A stretch of DNA of 64,000 nucleotides from Selaginella moellendorffii (taxonomy: Eukaryota > Plantae > Lycopodiophyta). Location of the stretch: NCBI RefSeq assembly GCF_000143415.4, contig NW_003314293.1, forward strand, positions 1,022,062-1,086,061, given 5' to 3'. This document shows positions 61,676 through 64,000 of this stretch, piece by piece; the first letter of the stretch is position 1, and each line of letters begins with the position of its first letter. Under the pieces are notes generated by a model. That model made no database searches. It had not been told where the DNA came from and saw only the letters and a list, made by a program, of their open reading frames with translations. The position numbers were made by a program, and so were the translations under genes.

Positions 61676-62525
61676 AGTTAGCTATGAAACTGATGCGCTC
61701 TCCTCTACTCGCTTTGGAGATCCTGTAACTAGAATCTCCTGACCTATACATCTATCAAGATCCCATTGAATCCCATTCTCTCCCACACCACTGTCAAGAA
61801 GAATGGATTTTTTTATCTGATTACCCTTATCATGACATACATTCTCCAAACTAACTGATCCCGACTTCAGCTTGAATCTTCTGCAGAGGAAGCTCTATCC
61901 TATAACACTCTTAGAAAAAACAATTGGAGGCTCTTGATCGAACTTCAAATAGAATTCTCTCATATCTTCTCCTTGCTCGAGCACTTAGAAAAAATTTGGG
62001 GAGAAACTGATAAGAAAGAATAAAGATATTTTTTTGTATTGTGAGCATTAATTAGCTATGTCCTTGTAAAGGACAAATTAACTATTTTAACAAATTATAT
62101 AACCGTTAAGAATCTAGAGAGATATGAGAATCTTAAAGAGCCATATTAATTGTATAATTGATTGTGAGAGAAATAATATTGTTGAAATGAATGTAGTTTT
62201 GAGTGAGAAGTGCCAGTCAATCACAAAAGTTGTAGCATTGATTGCTTGTTCTCCCTCTCATCTCTATGCTCTCTTCCCTTCAAGAGAGTTTCATTCTTTT
62301 GTGACAAATGAGAGAGAGTCAAGCTCGGAAAGGTTGGTTCGTAGGTGGTTTTTTTGCCATCAAAGAGAATGAAAATCATGGCCATTGATCGTGACTGTTG
62401 ATTGCGTCCGTTGATTTTTAGGGTTTTACACCTAAGGCATGCTTGAGCAGAGAAGGGCGAGAGAAAGGAGCTTCAACCTAGCAATGTGCTTCAAGACACT
62501 CCTCAAACAAGGTATGCTTCCTTGA

Positions 62526-63058
62526 GAAGGTTGGTCCGTGCGCGAACCGACGTCTCCTCACTTTTTTTCTTCCATGAGAAATTTTCTGTTTTCTCGACTT
62601 TTGTTTTCTCTTGAGGGATAGAGATGTTGGTTCTTGTGCGAACCGACATCTCCTAGCATTCTATTTCATTTTCTGTTTAGCATTTTGCCCATCTTTGCCT
62701 GGTTTTTTTTAATTTTTTTCCTTGTTGAAGGGGTGGGAAAGATCGGTTCGCGCGCGAATTGACGTCTCCCCACCTTCATTTTTTCTAGAAGCGAGCTTTC
62801 TTGGTTTTTTTCATGTTTCTAGTGGTGAGATCTCTATATTTTCGAAAATAAAGAGAGATAGAAATGTCGGTTCTTGTGCAAATCGACATCTTCAAGATTT
62901 TTTTTATAATTTCATTGACTTGATAAGGCATTTCATGTGAAAATTAGAGGGTGGAAGATGTCAATTCTTGCACGAACCAACCTCTCCCGTATTCTTGTTG
63001 TGTTTTTCCTTTTTCTCAAGAGGTAGGGTGAGGTCGGTTCTCGCGCGAACCAACCTTT
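62526..63058. repeat. Cluster of six ~30-bp palindromes AGATGTYGGTTC-N6-GAACCRACATCT
   Basis: Sites start at 62526, 62622, 62738, 62862, 62956 and 63029, in T-rich intron-like DNA after a donor AAG|GTATG near 62512. Confidence 0.85.
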
Positions 63059-63266
63059 CCTAGTGACTTGTGTTTTTTTCCTTTGCATTTCTTGTAGTTT
63101 ATAATTTATTTTTCATATCTTTTACTTACAAACTTTTCTTGTGTGAGCAGATATAAATCAAGCTTGACTGCCTAAAACTTCCAACAAGGGACTTGAACTT
63201 AAAATGCCACAAGTTTGCTTTACATTACAAGTTCGATGTTATAATATTTTTGCTTTTTATTTTAGA

Positions 63267-63826
63267 GGAAGCGCCGAGGCCAACCTCAATGGTCTCGGTC
63301 TCCAAGAAAAGGCAGCCGCCTTGATCGTTATGGGCTTGGTGGATTGAGTGGAGATTCATCTCAAGTATCCAATGAAGTTTCTACTAGTCGTGCTGGAGGC
63401 AACAATAAACATAACAATAATGTGGATGTTGAGATGGACATTCAAATTGATGTTGGTGTTATTGAGGCTGTTGGTACTAGTGCTCATGAGGCTGCGGCTA
63501 CTGGTGGTGGGGTACTTACATTTGATGTTGGTGATGGTGGGGGTGCTATGCCTTCGGTTGCTGAGGTTGCTCACAACGAGGTAGATGAACTAGTTGAGGA
63601 AGTTATTAGTAGCATTGTAGGTGGATCTACTACAACGGCTATTGGGGGCATAATAGCTGCTCCTAGTGCTCCTCAGGCTAGTGGTGCAGGGGGAGCTAGT
63701 GGTGGTGAGGGATTATGCATGCATGATTCTGACACCATCTTGAATGATCGTGTTCAGGACACGATTATCCAACCTCAAGAATGGACAGTTAGTAAAGTGT
63801 TACAAGAAACCCTCATCGATTTCTAG
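63267..63826 (+). CDS. Possible exon of a second, divergently oriented MULE-borne gene (low complexity, acidic/Gly-rich), function unknown
   Basis: ORF 63344-63826 lies downstream of a strong acceptor (TTTTTATTTTAG at ~63265). No recognisable domain. Confidence 0.35.
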
Positions 63827-64000
63827 TTCCTTTGGTTCAAAGCCATTGGGTGCACTTAGCTTACAACCTCAATATGGCTATCTACAGCTCATTTTCCGAG
63901 GTCGGGTTTGGGAGCACAACTGGTACCTTCATCGTTTCACCAACTTTCCCTGGAACTGGCCAGACAGAGTTAGTGACTACTGAACTTGAGAAAAAATGGG

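Larger units (their letters stand above)
60554..64000 (-). mobile_element. MULE copy 2 (inverted relative to 1-2389), running off the window end
   Basis: Terminus GAGCCTGGGTAGG at 60554; 60554-61440 is homologous to parts of 1-2389; shares the GTTGGTTC-N5/6-GAACCAAC palindrome. Confidence 0.72.

Overview
Eukaryotic, almost certainly land-plant, repeat-rich DNA. Evidence: TTTAGGG motifs, a 5S-carrying Cassandra TRIM, Tat-type and chromodomain Ty3/Gypsy elements, GT-AG introns, and many C>T/G>A nonsense changes. A fern or lycophyte host is my inference only. I see no recognisable host gene; the window is a nest of transposable elements: two MULE copies, a Cassandra TRIM, at least six Ty3/Gypsy elements or remnants, an L1/Tx1-like LINE and a possible P-like transposase relic. 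The standout is a large TIR DNA transposon present as two complementary copies (3847-14700 and 47407-54392) plus a 287-bp MITE (37701-37987). It encodes a Sola-like DDD transposase on the - strand. Divergently on the + strand it carries an 11-exon cargo gene of about 1640 codons: ParB/Srx-like domain, degenerate amino-methyltransferase-like fold, acidic tract, then an FCP1/NIF-type HAD phosphatase domain. The element carries about 29 copies of a 22-bp palindrome (ATGGCRTG-N6-CAYGCCAT) in introns, subterminal DNA and coding loops; I found none outside the family. An unrelated MULE at the right end shows a similar layout with its own palindrome (AGATGTYGGTTC-N5/6-GAACCRACATCT). All domain calls are motif-level readings by eye, not database results.
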